Part shown: piece by piece, positions 1 to 8,449 of the stretch | How the letters are laid out: every line of letters starts with the position of its first letter | Position numbering within the stretch: position 1 is the stretch's first letter | Program-made: the position numbers and the translations under genes | Assembly: GCA_026388155.1 (NCBI GenBank) | Contig: JAPLKI010000016.1 | Span: 198,705-262,704 of the forward strand | DNA length: 64,000 nt | Direction of reading: 5' to 3' | Source of the DNA: Elusimicrobiota bacterium | GTDB taxonomy: Bacteria > Elusimicrobiota > Elusimicrobia > Elusimicrobiales > UBA9959 | The notes under the pieces: generated by a model | Seen by the model: the letters and a program-made list of their open reading frames with translations, nothing else | What the model was told of the DNA's origin: nothing | The model's database searches: none

Positions 1-153
1 GTCACGGGTGAGAAGGATGACGCCGGGTTCTCTGGCTTCAAGGAGAATAAGCCCGGTATCGCGTTTGTCATGCGGCACGAAGGCGCAGTCATAGCCCATT
101 ATCCTGAGCCAATTGGCCAGTTTCCCCAGCATGGAATCCGCAATGAATTTCAT
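1..153 (-). CDS. Mut7-C RNase domain protein, N-terminal part (gene runs off the window start)
   Basis: Minus-strand ATG at 153 gives MKFIADSMLGKLANWLRIMGYDCAFVPHDKRD..., the typical N-terminus of Mut7-C/PIN-like RNase domain proteins. It is truncated by the window edge. Confidence 0.5.
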   Translation of the reverse strand, partial: MKFIADSMLGKLANWLRIMGYDCAFVPHDKRDTGLILLEAREPGVILLTRD

Positions 154-222
154 CCCCGCCCCCTTAAATTTACATTTTAGACAATGACAAAAGTGTAAAG
201 TTAAGGGGGTTTTTATGACAAA

Positions 223-255
223 AAGGCTTGAGGTTTCAGCTCAAGCCTTTTTTTA
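223..255 (-). terminator. Rho-independent terminator downstream of the oxidoreductase operon
   Basis: Hairpin AAGGCTTGAG-loop-CTCAAGCCTT flanked by an A-run and a T-run, immediately after the stop at 266. Confidence 0.6.
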
Positions 256-265
256 TCGCCCGCTC

Positions 266-805
266 CTAATTCAGCTTTACTTCCGCGCCGCGTTTCAGGG
301 CTCTTATATTCAGCTCTATAACTTCCGGTTTCAGCTTTTTGTAAACTTTGGGCAGGGCTTTGGCTATTGCGTCTATGGAAATCGCGCCGGTCTGCGCGGC
401 AAAAGCTCCCAGGGCCACCATGTTCATTACTTTGGCGTTGCCCAGTTCTCCGGCTATCTGGTTGCAGGGCACGTAAAGCACCTTTATGTCATTGCGGGAA
501 GCTTTTGAGTGAACGAGACAACTGTTCACTATTAACAGTCCCCCCGGTTTCACCAGCGGTTCGAACTTGGCAAGTGACGGTTCGTTGAGCACTATTACTG
601 TGTCAGGTTCTGAAACTATCGGAGTGGTGACTTCGTCGGAAGATATCACCACCGAACAGTTGGCCGTTCCGCCGCGCATTTCAGCCCCGTATGAAGGGAA
701 GAAGCTTACTTCCCGTCCTTCCAGCATCCCTGAATATGCCAGCAGTACGCCTGCCGAAATAACTCCCTGTCCGCCAAAACCCGAAATTCTTATGCCTTGA
801 TACAT
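266..805 (-). CDS. 2-oxoacid:ferredoxin oxidoreductase, gamma subunit
   Basis: MYQGIRISGFGGQGVISAGVLLA... gamma-subunit signature. Start moved to the ATG at 805 because GGAGGA lies just upstream; the TTG at 823 in the ORF track would include the RBS. Confidence 0.85.
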   Translation of the reverse strand: MYQGIRISGFGGQGVISAGVLLAYSGMLEGREVSFFPSYGAEMRGGTANCSVVISSDEVTTPIVSEPDTVIVLNEPSLAKFEPLVKPGGLLIVNSCLVHSKASRNDIKVLYVPCNQIAGELGNAKVMNMVALGAFAAQTGAISIDAIAKALPKVYKKLKPEVIELNIRALKRGAEVKLN

Positions 806-825
806 GTTAGTTCCTCCTAGCAAAT

Positions 826-891
826 CAGCGTATAGAGACTAGCGGCTAGGGGTTTAGGGAGGAAATTTCCTTCCCTAAACCCTATACGCTG
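826..891. repeat. Imperfect palindromic word element, family W1 (TAGGGG/TTAGGG ... CCCTAA), copy 1
   Basis: CAGCGTATAG..GGGTTTAGGGAGGAAA|TTTCCTTCCCTAAACCCTATACGCTG. Core AAGGRAnnTCCTTCCCTAA is shared with 2741-2835, 17928-18012 and 57474-57568. Confidence 0.7.
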
Positions 892-896
892 TCCGC

Positions 897-1652
897 TTAC
901 CCCTGCTTTTGCGCGTCTTTATAAACTCCCAGCGGGAACACCGGCAGCATCCCCTCGGCCACGAACTTGGTGGCCTCCGACGGATTGTCCAGCCTGGTTC
1001 CCCAGTTTGTCGGGCACATCGAGAGCACTTCCACCATTGAGAAGCCCTTGCAGTCCACCTGGTTCTGGAAGGCTTTCTTTATGGCAGCCTTGGTTTTAAG
1101 CACGCCCGGCGCGGTATGCACCGAGGTGCGTTCAAGGTATGCGGCCCCGTCTATGGTGGCAAGCAGTTCGCACATGCGTATGGGATAGCCCGCCTGTTTT
1201 GCCGTGCGGCCTTCCACACAGGTGGTGGCTTTCTGGCCTATTAAGGTGGTCGGGGCCATCTGGCCGCCGGTCATACCGTAGATGGCGTTGTTAATAAAGA
1301 TCACCGTTATGTTTTCCGAGCGTATGGCCGCATGTACTATTTCCGCCATGCCTATGGAGGCCAGATCGCCGTCGCCCTGGTAGGAGAACACTATAGTGTC
1401 GGGTTTAGACCTTTTAAGGCCCGTTGCGATGGCCGGGCCGCGCCCGTGCGCGCCCTGTATCGTGTCGCAGTTGAAGTAGGCGTCCGCGAATACCGCGCAG
1501 CCCACCGGGGCCACGCATATCGTTCTTGCGCGTATGCCCAGGTCGTCCATTGCCTCCGCTATCAGGCGGTGCACTATGCCGTGCCCGCAGCCCGGGCAGT
1601 AATGCATTTTCAGGTCCAGCAGGGATTCAGGCCTTTTATTTAATAGCTGCAT
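897..1652 (-). CDS. 2-oxoacid:ferredoxin oxidoreductase, beta (TPP-binding) subunit
   Basis: CPGCGHG N-terminal motif and GDGD...N TPP-binding motif (YQGDGDLASIGMAE). Overlaps the alpha gene by 17 nt. Confidence 0.9.
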   Translation of the reverse strand: MQLLNKRPESLLDLKMHYCPGCGHGIVHRLIAEAMDDLGIRARTICVAPVGCAVFADAYFNCDTIQGAHGRGPAIATGLKRSKPDTIVFSYQGDGDLASIGMAEIVHAAIRSENITVIFINNAIYGMTGGQMAPTTLIGQKATTCVEGRTAKQAGYPIRMCELLATIDGAAYLERTSVHTAPGVLKTKAAIKKAFQNQVDCKGFSMVEVLSMCPTNWGTRLDNPSEATKFVAEGMLPVFPLGVYKDAQKQG

Positions 1653-2727
1653 ATTCTTTGGCTCCTTTTTTCATTACGCCTTCAATGGTGGCAAGCACTT
1701 CTTCGGCGGTTATAACCGATCCGCCCGGCTTTGAATGCAGGTAAACCTCACCGCGGCCGTTAAGTGACAGGCGCACATCTTCCACCATCTGCCCCAGGCT
1801 CATCTCAACGGCGATGAATTTCTTTATTCTTCCTGAAAGCTCAATCAGGCGTTTTTTAGGATAAGGCCAAAGCGTGATGGGCCGGAACAGTCCGACTTTA
1901 AGCCCTTTCTCGCGGGCCATTTTCATCGCCGCCATTGAAACCCTGGCGGAAGTACCGTAGGCCACCAGGGCAACCTCGGCGTCCTCAAGCATCTTTTCCT
2001 CATAGAGGACTTCGTTTTCCTCTATCTGCTTGTAGCGTTTCGCGCGTTCCCTGACCATTATTTCAAGGTAGCCTTCGCGCAGGTCGTAAGATTTTACCTG
2101 GCGCTTGGCCCGGCTGTTGTTGACGCCCAGTGCCCAGTCGGGTTCTTTAAGCGTTGTAACATCCACTTCAGGATCTTTGAATTCCACCGGTTCCATCATC
2201 TGGCCTATAATGCCGTCGGCCAGAACCAGGGCCGGTACTCTGTATTTGAAAGCCACCTCATAGCACTTTTGCGGAAAATTACCCATTTCGTTCGCGCCAT
2301 TCGGGGCCATAACGAACAGCCGGTAATCGCCGTGGCCGCCGCCGCGGGTGGACTGCCAGTAGTCGCTCTGCGAGCCCGCGATATTACCCAGCCCCGGGCC
2401 GCCGCGCACTACATTGGCGACTAAAAAGGGAAGGTCCGCGCCGGCGCAGTAGGATATGCCTTCCTGCTTCAGGCTGATGCCGGGGCTGGAAGAAGAGGTC
2501 ATGCAGCGTTTGCCGGTGGCGGCGGCGCCGTAAATCATATTTATTGCCGCTACTTCCGATTCGGACTGTATGAAAGCTCCTCCCACCTGCGGCAGGCGCC
2601 ACGACATGTATTCGGGGACTTCATTTTGCGGGGTTATCGGATAGCCGGCGAAGAACCTGCACCCGGCGCGTACGGCGCCTTCGGCCAGGGCTTCGTTGCC
2701 TTTCATTAATTTTTTTTCAGACATCAT
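1636..2727 (-). CDS. 2-oxoacid:ferredoxin oxidoreductase, alpha subunit
   Basis: LMKGNEALAEGAVRAGCRFFAGYPITPQNE is typical of KorA/PorA/VorA. AAGGAG sits at 2731-2736, so the start is the ATG at 2727 or 2724 rather than the TTG at 2739. Confidence 0.9.
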   Translation of the reverse strand: MMSEKKLMKGNEALAEGAVRAGCRFFAGYPITPQNEVPEYMSWRLPQVGGAFIQSESEVAAINMIYGAAATGKRCMTSSSSPGISLKQEGISYCAGADLPFLVANVVRGGPGLGNIAGSQSDYWQSTRGGGHGDYRLFVMAPNGANEMGNFPQKCYEVAFKYRVPALVLADGIIGQMMEPVEFKDPEVDVTTLKEPDWALGVNNSRAKRQVKSYDLREGYLEIMVRERAKRYKQIEENEVLYEEKMLEDAEVALVAYGTSARVSMAAMKMAREKGLKVGLFRPITLWPYPKKRLIELSGRIKKFIAVEMSLGQMVEDVRLSLNGRGEVYLHSKPGGSVITAEEVLATIEGVMKKGAKEYAAIK

Positions 2728-2740
2728 ATGCTCCTTCAAC

Positions 2741-2835
2741 GTAAGGGTATAGGGGCGAGGGGTTAGCGGTTAGGGTTGAGGTATTAAGGAACTTCTTCCC
2801 TATCCCCTAGTCTCTATCCCCTAGCCCCTGTCACT
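2741..2835. repeat. Word-palindrome element family W1, copy 2
   Basis: GTAAGGGTATAGGGGCGAGGGGTTAGCGGTTAGGG...AAGGAACTTCTTCCCTATCCCCTAGTCTCTATCCCCTAGCCCCTG, between the alpha and delta subunit genes. Confidence 0.7.
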
Positions 2836-3034
2836 TGTAAACCTTTATTGCCAAATCCGGGCAGATGCGCGCGCAACTCTGGCAGGCTATGCAGCAGCCG
2901 ACCTTGGCGTCCAGGGCCGGGTAGTAGCCGGTCTTAGAGAATTTATGGGATTTTTCAATGCACTTCTTGGGGCAGACTTGTATGCAAAGATAGCAGCCCT
3001 TGCACTTATCCACTTCCACTTCCATTTTAGGCAT
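2831..3034 (-). CDS. 2-oxoacid:ferredoxin oxidoreductase delta subunit (2x[4Fe-4S] ferredoxin)
   Basis: Two CxxCxxCxxxCP clusters (CKGCYLCIQVCP, CIACQSCARICP) in 67 aa, first gene of the operon, GGGAGG RBS. Confidence 0.85.
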   Translation of the reverse strand: MPKMEVEVDKCKGCYLCIQVCPKKCIEKSHKFSKTGYYPALDAKVGCCIACQSCARICPDLAIKVYK

Positions 3035-3241
3035 TATAACCTCCCGATATTAGACTATGGATGTGCCGTAAAGGACTGTGTCCGTCGTACGGCCAGGCTT
3101 ATTATGACAGGGCTGCTGTCGCGGTAAAGCTCGATTGCAGCGTTCACTCAGGGTTTCTTTGCGCGGCTGGCAGAGCTCGGCGGGTATGTGTCGGGCTGCC
3201 GGAAGCCGCGTTCTATAAAAAGCCTGTTCTTAAAGTATATC

Positions 3242-3265
3242 AAAAAAAATGGGCGCCTAGCGCCC
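3242..3265 (-). terminator. Rho-independent terminator after the receiver-domain gene
   Basis: GGGCGC-CTA-GCGCCC hairpin preceded on the plus strand by A8, which reads as a U-run on the minus strand. Confidence 0.55.
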
Positions 3266-3293
3266 GTTTTTTGCCGGTTAAAAATCACGGCTT

Positions 3294-3653
3294 TTATTGT
3301 ATTTTCAGTAGTTTCTTGGCTTCGCTTATCAGTGTTTCGGGATTTACCGGTTTTTTGAGTACGCTGACATTGAAGGCTTTCCCCAGTTTCTCAACGCTTT
3401 CGGGCTTGCCGGTTGAAAATATTATGGGGGTGGCCGTTTGTAAAATATTGCGCAGGCGGTCAAAAACTTTCTGGCCGCCGCCCGCCGGCATGTCGACATC
3501 AAGCACCAGAAGATCCGGCTTGAATTGCTGGTAGCGCATGACGGCCGCGCTTGCGTCCTCCGCGGTCTGGATCTCAAAGCCGGCTTTTGTGAAAATTTCC
3601 TTGTAAAGTTCCAATATGCAAAGGTCGTCGTCAATAGCGAGTATTTTAAGCAT
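3294..3653 (-). CDS. Single-domain response regulator (CheY-like receiver)
   Basis: MLKILAIDDD...DLLVLDVDMP...KKP receiver pattern. Start set at the internal ATG at 3653; the upstream extension lies inside a repeat element. Confidence 0.8.
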   Translation of the reverse strand: MLKILAIDDDLCILELYKEIFTKAGFEIQTAEDASAAVMRYQQFKPDLLVLDVDMPAGGGQKVFDRLRNILQTATPIIFSTGKPESVEKLGKAFNVSVLKKPVNPETLISEAKKLLKIQ

Positions 3654-3660
3654 AAACCCC

Positions 3661-3745
3661 CGGGAGAGTCGTGCGTCTGAGGGGCTAAGAGTCAGAGAGT
3701 CGGAGAGTCGGAGAGTTGACTCTGACAATCCGCGCCTCTGAGACT
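3661..3745. repeat. Word-palindrome element (GAGTCRGAGA / CTCTGAGACTC words)
   Basis: AGAGTCAGAGAGTCGGAGAGTCGGAGAGTTGACTCTGAC...CTCTGAGACTCT. Same architecture as W1/W2 but different words. Confidence 0.55.
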
Positions 3746-4930
3746 CTAAGACTTGCCACCGTCCAGTACCTTATTATATAAACTTTTAAGCGAGATGTTC
3801 ATGGCTTCCACGCTGAACTGCGGATATCCGGTATAGTCTTTTTGTAGCACCCAGCGGCGGGCGGCCTCTCCCATGGCGCGTCTTTTGGCTTCGTTGTTAA
3901 GAAGGGGCTCGGCCGCTCCCGCAATAGCGCCCGGATCGGCCGGCGGCACCAGGATCCCGGTTACGCCATCCTTAACCGCATAAGGCAGTCCGCATACCTT
4001 TGAGGCTATCACGGGCAGGCGGGCGTATTGCGCTTCAAGGATGGTGCGCCCCATGGCTTCGTTGAGGGAAGGCTGGACATATATGTCCATGACGCAAAGA
4101 TAGCGGGAAATATCTTTTTGAAAGCCGGTAAAATTTATTTTCTCCCCCAGTGCAAGCTGTCTTGCCAGTGTGCGCAGTTCCGTCGCAAGTCCGCCGTCCC
4201 CGACTACAATAAAACGCAATTTTTTATTTTCCGCTTTGTCAGATATGAGTTTTGCCGCTCTTATGAAATATTCAACTCCCTTAACGGGTTCAAGCCTGGC
4301 CGCCACGCCCATAACCGTCTCGTCCGCGGATAGTCCCATTTCTTTGCGTATTGACGCCCTTTCGGATCCCATGGGCGTAAAACGCACGCCGCTGTGAATA
4401 ACGGTCCATTTTTTCCGCGCGCCCAGGCCGGCAGCCACGGACTCTTCAAGTTCTCCCGGCGTCAGGGCTATAAAGCGGTCTGTCCAACGCGCGGCCAGGC
4501 GTTCGGAGAGCTTGAATATAAATATTTTGAAATGGCCGAAACAGCCGTAGAGAAGGTGACCGTGAGGAGTGTGTATAACCAGGGCTTTTCCGCTTTTCAC
4601 GGAACGATTATAAGCCCTGGCGGCCAAGCGTCCCAAAAAACCTGCTTTTGCGGCGTGGGTATGTATTATTCCGGGCTTAAGCCTTAAAAATATCCGCTTT
4701 AATCCAAAGTAAACTTTCAGGTCGCTTAAAGGTGAAATCCCCCTTTTCAAATCGGGCAGTTCCAGGTATTGCACGTTTTCAGGCAATTCAAGCGCGGCGG
4801 AACAGGGGCCCGCCGCCAGCAATACGTCCCGGTCCTTTGCCTGATAGATGGCGCTGTCAATAACATTGCGCGCCGGGCCGCCCGGTTCAAGCCGGGTTAT
4901 AATGTGAATTATCAGCGTTTTACCCGCCAA
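3746..4930 (-). CDS. Glycosyltransferase family 4 (GT-B, retaining)
   Basis: C-terminal EAMGRTILEAQYARLPVIASKVCGLPYAVKDGVTGILV (E-x7-E motif region). TTG start with AAGGAG upstream. Confidence 0.8.
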   Translation of the reverse strand: MAGKTLIIHIITRLEPGGPARNVIDSAIYQAKDRDVLLAAGPCSAALELPENVQYLELPDLKRGISPLSDLKVYFGLKRIFLRLKPGIIHTHAAKAGFLGRLAARAYNRSVKSGKALVIHTPHGHLLYGCFGHFKIFIFKLSERLAARWTDRFIALTPGELEESVAAGLGARKKWTVIHSGVRFTPMGSERASIRKEMGLSADETVMGVAARLEPVKGVEYFIRAAKLISDKAENKKLRFIVVGDGGLATELRTLARQLALGEKINFTGFQKDISRYLCVMDIYVQPSLNEAMGRTILEAQYARLPVIASKVCGLPYAVKDGVTGILVPPADPGAIAGAAEPLLNNEAKRRAMGEAARRWVLQKDYTGYPQFSVEAMNISLKSLYNKVLDGGKS

Positions 4931-4960
4931 TCAAAGCTCCTTTAAAATTGGAAACAAAAA

Positions 4961-6292
4961 CTACTTTTTTGTTTTTACTTTCTCCGGCTGTTTTTTTGCG
5001 GCGCCTGCAATTGCCTTGCCTATGATATCCAGTCCCTCCGCCAGTTGTTCGTCCGTTATCACAAGGGGAAGTAAAAGGCGGATCACATTCTTGTGCAGTC
5101 CCGCGCCCGCAAGTATTACTCCGTTGTCGCGGGCGTCCTGTATGACTTTTTGGCATATTTCAGTGGCGGGCGACCATGTTTTTTCATCTTCAATGAACTC
5201 AATCGCCAGCATAGCGCCTATACCCCGCACATCTTTTATAACGGGATATTTTTGTTTAAGTTCTTCAAAGTTGCCCCTGATGATCTTCCCCAGGTGAAGA
5301 GCCCTTTCAAGCAGCTTTTCCCCGTCTATCATTTTTATAACTTCTATCGCCGCCGCGCACGCCAGCGGGTTCCCGCCGAAAGTGCTGCCTATCGAGCTTT
5401 TCGGCAGCGCATCAAAATATTTTTTACCTCCGACCACGGCGGACAGCGGCAGCCCCGCCGCGATCGATTTTCCGAGGGTTATAAGGTCGGGTTCCACTCC
5501 CCAGTTTTCAATGGCGAAGAATTTGCCCGTTCTGCCGTAACCCGACTGGACTTCGTCCGCGACCATCAGAATCCCGTATTTTTCGGTGACTCTGCGTATC
5601 TCCTGAAGAAAACCTTCTGGCGGAACGTTAAATCCGCCTTCACCCTGTATCGGCTCGATTATGACCGCCGCGACGTCTTCGGGGCAGACGGTCTCCAGCA
5701 GCAGCTTTTCAAAATCTTTCGGGGAATATTTGTTTTTGCGCGGATTCGGGTATGGCAGCCGGTGAACGTCCGGCGCGGTGCCGAAAATATATTTATACGG
5801 CATAGGCCGCTGCGTCATGGTCATAGTGAGAACCGTGCGCCCGTGGAACGCTCCCTCAAAAACCACTATACTCCTTCTCTTGGTAACGCCCCGCGCTATC
5901 TTGACCGCGTTTTCAACCGCTTCCGCTCCGCTGTTGAAAAATGCGACGGCTTTTTCGGATTTCCCCTGCGCTTTTGTAGCCAGTATTTCCGACAGTTCGA
6001 TCCAAGGCTCGTACGGGATCACGGTGAAGTCGGAATGAAGGTAATTTTCAGCCTGCGCTTTTATAGCCTCAACGACTTTTTTCGGCGAATAACCCGTAAC
6101 AAGGCAGCCCCAGCCGCCGGTAAAATCCAGGAACCTGTTCCCGTCCACATCCTCAATTACCGCGCCGTGGCCTTTTTTTATGTAAAACGGGGCAAGCGAC
6201 TCCATCGGGGAAGCGACGCAGGTTTTTCTTCTTGCGGTCAGTTCCCTGCTTTTCGGCCCGGGTATTTCCGTATGAATAAGTGTGTGTTTCAT
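4961..6292 (-). CDS. Class-III PLP-dependent aminotransferase (GabT/ArgD/LysJ-like)
   Basis: DEVQSGYGRTGKFFA and LGKSIAAGLPLSAV (PLP lysine) motifs, 443 aa. Confidence 0.85.
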   Translation of the reverse strand: MKHTLIHTEIPGPKSRELTARRKTCVASPMESLAPFYIKKGHGAVIEDVDGNRFLDFTGGWGCLVTGYSPKKVVEAIKAQAENYLHSDFTVIPYEPWIELSEILATKAQGKSEKAVAFFNSGAEAVENAVKIARGVTKRRSIVVFEGAFHGRTVLTMTMTQRPMPYKYIFGTAPDVHRLPYPNPRKNKYSPKDFEKLLLETVCPEDVAAVIIEPIQGEGGFNVPPEGFLQEIRRVTEKYGILMVADEVQSGYGRTGKFFAIENWGVEPDLITLGKSIAAGLPLSAVVGGKKYFDALPKSSIGSTFGGNPLACAAAIEVIKMIDGEKLLERALHLGKIIRGNFEELKQKYPVIKDVRGIGAMLAIEFIEDEKTWSPATEICQKVIQDARDNGVILAGAGLHKNVIRLLLPLVITDEQLAEGLDIIGKAIAGAAKKQPEKVKTKK

Positions 6293-6325
6293 ATTATTTT
6301 TTCCTTATATAAGTGAAGTTTTAAT

Positions 6326-6415
6326 GCTGGCGGGCTAGTACGCTGGTATGCTTTCCGAAGTCCCTGAATTAAGCATACAAGCATACTAGCTGGCAATCTT
6401 ACTCGCCTACTAGCC
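6326..6415. repeat. Word-palindrome element (GCTAGTAC / GCATAC words)
   Basis: GGGCTAGTACGCTGGTATGCTT...AAGCATACAAGCATACTAGCTGG...CCTACTAGCC between the aminotransferase and the dehydratase small subunit. Confidence 0.5.
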
Positions 6416-6455
6416 TATGGCTGTGCCGTACCAAGGGCTATGCCCATAAGACGGC

Positions 6456-6959
6456 CTAGCGGTTCACTGTTTCCATCAGTAATTTGCGTGTATAGGAGAC
6501 CAGTCCGCCGGCGTCTATAATAGCCTGGCGCGCCTTCGGGAGCGGCTCGATCGCGAACGATTCGCCGGACGTGCGGTTGAAAACCCTGCCCTGGGCTATT
6601 TCCAGTTCGTCGCCTTCCGCGGCTTCGATCGACGGACAGATCACTATGTCCAGGCCCAGGTTTATCGCGCTCTGCAGGAAAATACGCGCGATGTTCCTGG
6701 CCACTATCGTCAGCTCATGGCCCTTAAGGCAGGATACCGCCTGCTCGCGCGAGGAGCCGCAGCCGAAGTTGTTGCCGCCCAATATAACGCTTCCGGCGGG
6801 GATCCCCCCCGCCTTGAGTTTGCCGTTGAAAGCCGTGTTGTCGGCGAACGCGAACTGCGGTGTTTCGGTGGGCAGCACTGTCGCCATGAACCGGCCGGGA
6901 TAAATGATATCGGTGGACACGTCGTCGCCAACCTTTAGAACAATTTTTTTAGTAGCCAT
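6456..6959 (-). CDS. Aconitase-family dehydratase small subunit (LeuD/HacB-like)
   Basis: DDVSTDIIYPGRF...GGNNFGCGSSREQA swivel-domain motifs. Start at the ATG at 6959 with GGAGG upstream. Confidence 0.8.
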   Translation of the reverse strand: MATKKIVLKVGDDVSTDIIYPGRFMATVLPTETPQFAFADNTAFNGKLKAGGIPAGSVILGGNNFGCGSSREQAVSCLKGHELTIVARNIARIFLQSAINLGLDIVICPSIEAAEGDELEIAQGRVFNRTSGESFAIEPLPKARQAIIDAGGLVSYTRKLLMETVNR

Positions 6960-7013
6960 GTGAAAAATACCTCCAATATTAAATTCTTCTATCTTCAATG
7001 TTTCCTGTTTTGC

Positions 7014-8312
7014 TCATTTTGCAACCAGCGCTCCTCTGGGATCTGTTATTTTGCCCGTGATGGCGCTTGCCGCCGCCACAGCCGGCGAGCACAGATACAC
7101 TTCGGCCTTAGGGTTGCCCATGCGCCCCTTGAAATTACGGTTAGTGGTCGCCAGCGCGGTTTCCCCGTCGCCCAGCGCGCCCTGATGTATGCCGAGGCAC
7201 GGCCCGCAGCCGGGATTACAAACTACCGCGCCGGCTTTTGCCAGCGCGCTTATCGCGCCGCTTTCAAGCGCTTTGTGGTAAATCCGCCACGACGCGGGAA
7301 ACACCAGCATCCGCGTTCCGTCCGCCACGCGGCGGCCTTTCAGTATCTTTGCCGCGATTTCGAGATCGTCCAGCCGCCCGTTGGTGCAGGAGCCGATCAC
7401 GATCTGGTGCAGCTTCTTGCCCGCGACTTCTCCAATCGGTTTAACATTGTCCACCGTGTGCGGGCAGGCTATCTGAGGCTCAAGTTTGGAGGCGTCTATT
7501 TCAAGCACCTGGTCGTAGACGGCGTCCGGATCGGGACCGAAAATATCCAGCGGTTCTTTCACGCCCGCTTCTTCCCGCAGGTAGCGCTGGGTTTCCGCGT
7601 CGGGCGGCACCAGACCCGCGGTGGCGCCGGCTTCAACGCTCATGTTACAGAGCACCAGCCGCCCCGAGGTGGGCATATTGCTGATAGTGTCTCCATAAAA
7701 CTCTATCGCCTTGAAGTTGGCTCCCTGCGCGGTGAGCCGCCCTATCACGTGCAGTATCAGGTCTTTCGGGTAGACATGCTCCTGGAATTTTCCGTTGACT
7801 ATCACTTTTATCGAGCCCGGCACCTCCACATTCAGTATCCTGCCAAGCGTCCATACCGAGGCCATCTCTGTGGCGCCGATGCCGAACGCGAACGCGCCCA
7901 GCGCGCCATGTGTGGTGGTATGGCTGTCGGTGCCCACCAGCACGCTGCCCGGACGCACGTACCCGTTTTCGGCCAGTATCTGGTGGCAGATACCGCCCAC
8001 ATCGCCGCGGATATCGTGGAATTTGCGTATCCCCTGCTTACCCACGAACTCGCGTATCTTCTTCTGGTTGCCCGCGGTCTTTGATGACTCGGCGGGAACG
8101 CGGTGATCAAAGATTATCGCTATGTGGTCCGGATTCCAGACTTTCGCCTCGCGTCCCGTTCCCTTGAATATCTCGTCAAATTGGCTGATCACCAAAGCGC
8201 CGTTTTCATGCGACATTGCCAGGTTGACTTCCGGTTCCAGTACTTCTCCGACCGCCACCTGCGGACGTCCGACTGCCTTTGCCAACAGCTTCTGAACATA
8301 AGTCATGCCCAT
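7014..8312 (-). CDS. Aconitase-family dehydratase large subunit (LeuC/HacA-like)
   Basis: GTDSHTTTHGALGAFAFGIGATE, SCTNGRLDDL and CGPCLG Fe-S ligand motifs. 432 aa, the short LeuC/HacA type. Confidence 0.85.
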   Translation of the reverse strand: MGMTYVQKLLAKAVGRPQVAVGEVLEPEVNLAMSHENGALVISQFDEIFKGTGREAKVWNPDHIAIIFDHRVPAESSKTAGNQKKIREFVGKQGIRKFHDIRGDVGGICHQILAENGYVRPGSVLVGTDSHTTTHGALGAFAFGIGATEMASVWTLGRILNVEVPGSIKVIVNGKFQEHVYPKDLILHVIGRLTAQGANFKAIEFYGDTISNMPTSGRLVLCNMSVEAGATAGLVPPDAETQRYLREEAGVKEPLDIFGPDPDAVYDQVLEIDASKLEPQIACPHTVDNVKPIGEVAGKKLHQIVIGSCTNGRLDDLEIAAKILKGRRVADGTRMLVFPASWRIYHKALESGAISALAKAGAVVCNPGCGPCLGIHQGALGDGETALATTNRNFKGRMGNPKAEVYLCSPAVAAASAITGKITDPRGALVAK

Positions 8313-8351
8313 ATTATTATCTCCTTAATGCTAATTTGAGTAGATATCAAC

Positions 8352-8447
8352 TAGCGACTTGCAAATGGCGAATAGTGAATAGGGTCTGCGGAAGAGATTA
8401 TGTTTTTTAATAAACTATTCGCTATTCGCTGTTCCCTATTCGCTATG
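8352..8447. repeat. Word-palindrome element family W3 (GCGAATAG / CTATTCGC), copy 1
   Basis: GGCGAATAGTGAATAGGG...CTATTCGCTATTCGCTGTTCCCTATTCGCTATG. Related copy at 27821-27905. Confidence 0.6.
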
Positions 8448-8449
8448 CC

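Noticed and set aside
5093-6316. Long antisense ORFs opposite real genes: 5093-6316, 6960-8084, 31572-32537, 45320-46513, 54931-56040, 10157-10885, 14575-15375, 43024-43773 and others.
   Set aside because: They are shadow ORFs typical of GC-rich coding DNA. Their products are Arg/Gly/Pro/His-rich and low in complexity, have no motifs, and each fully overlaps a gene with clear family signatures on the other strand.
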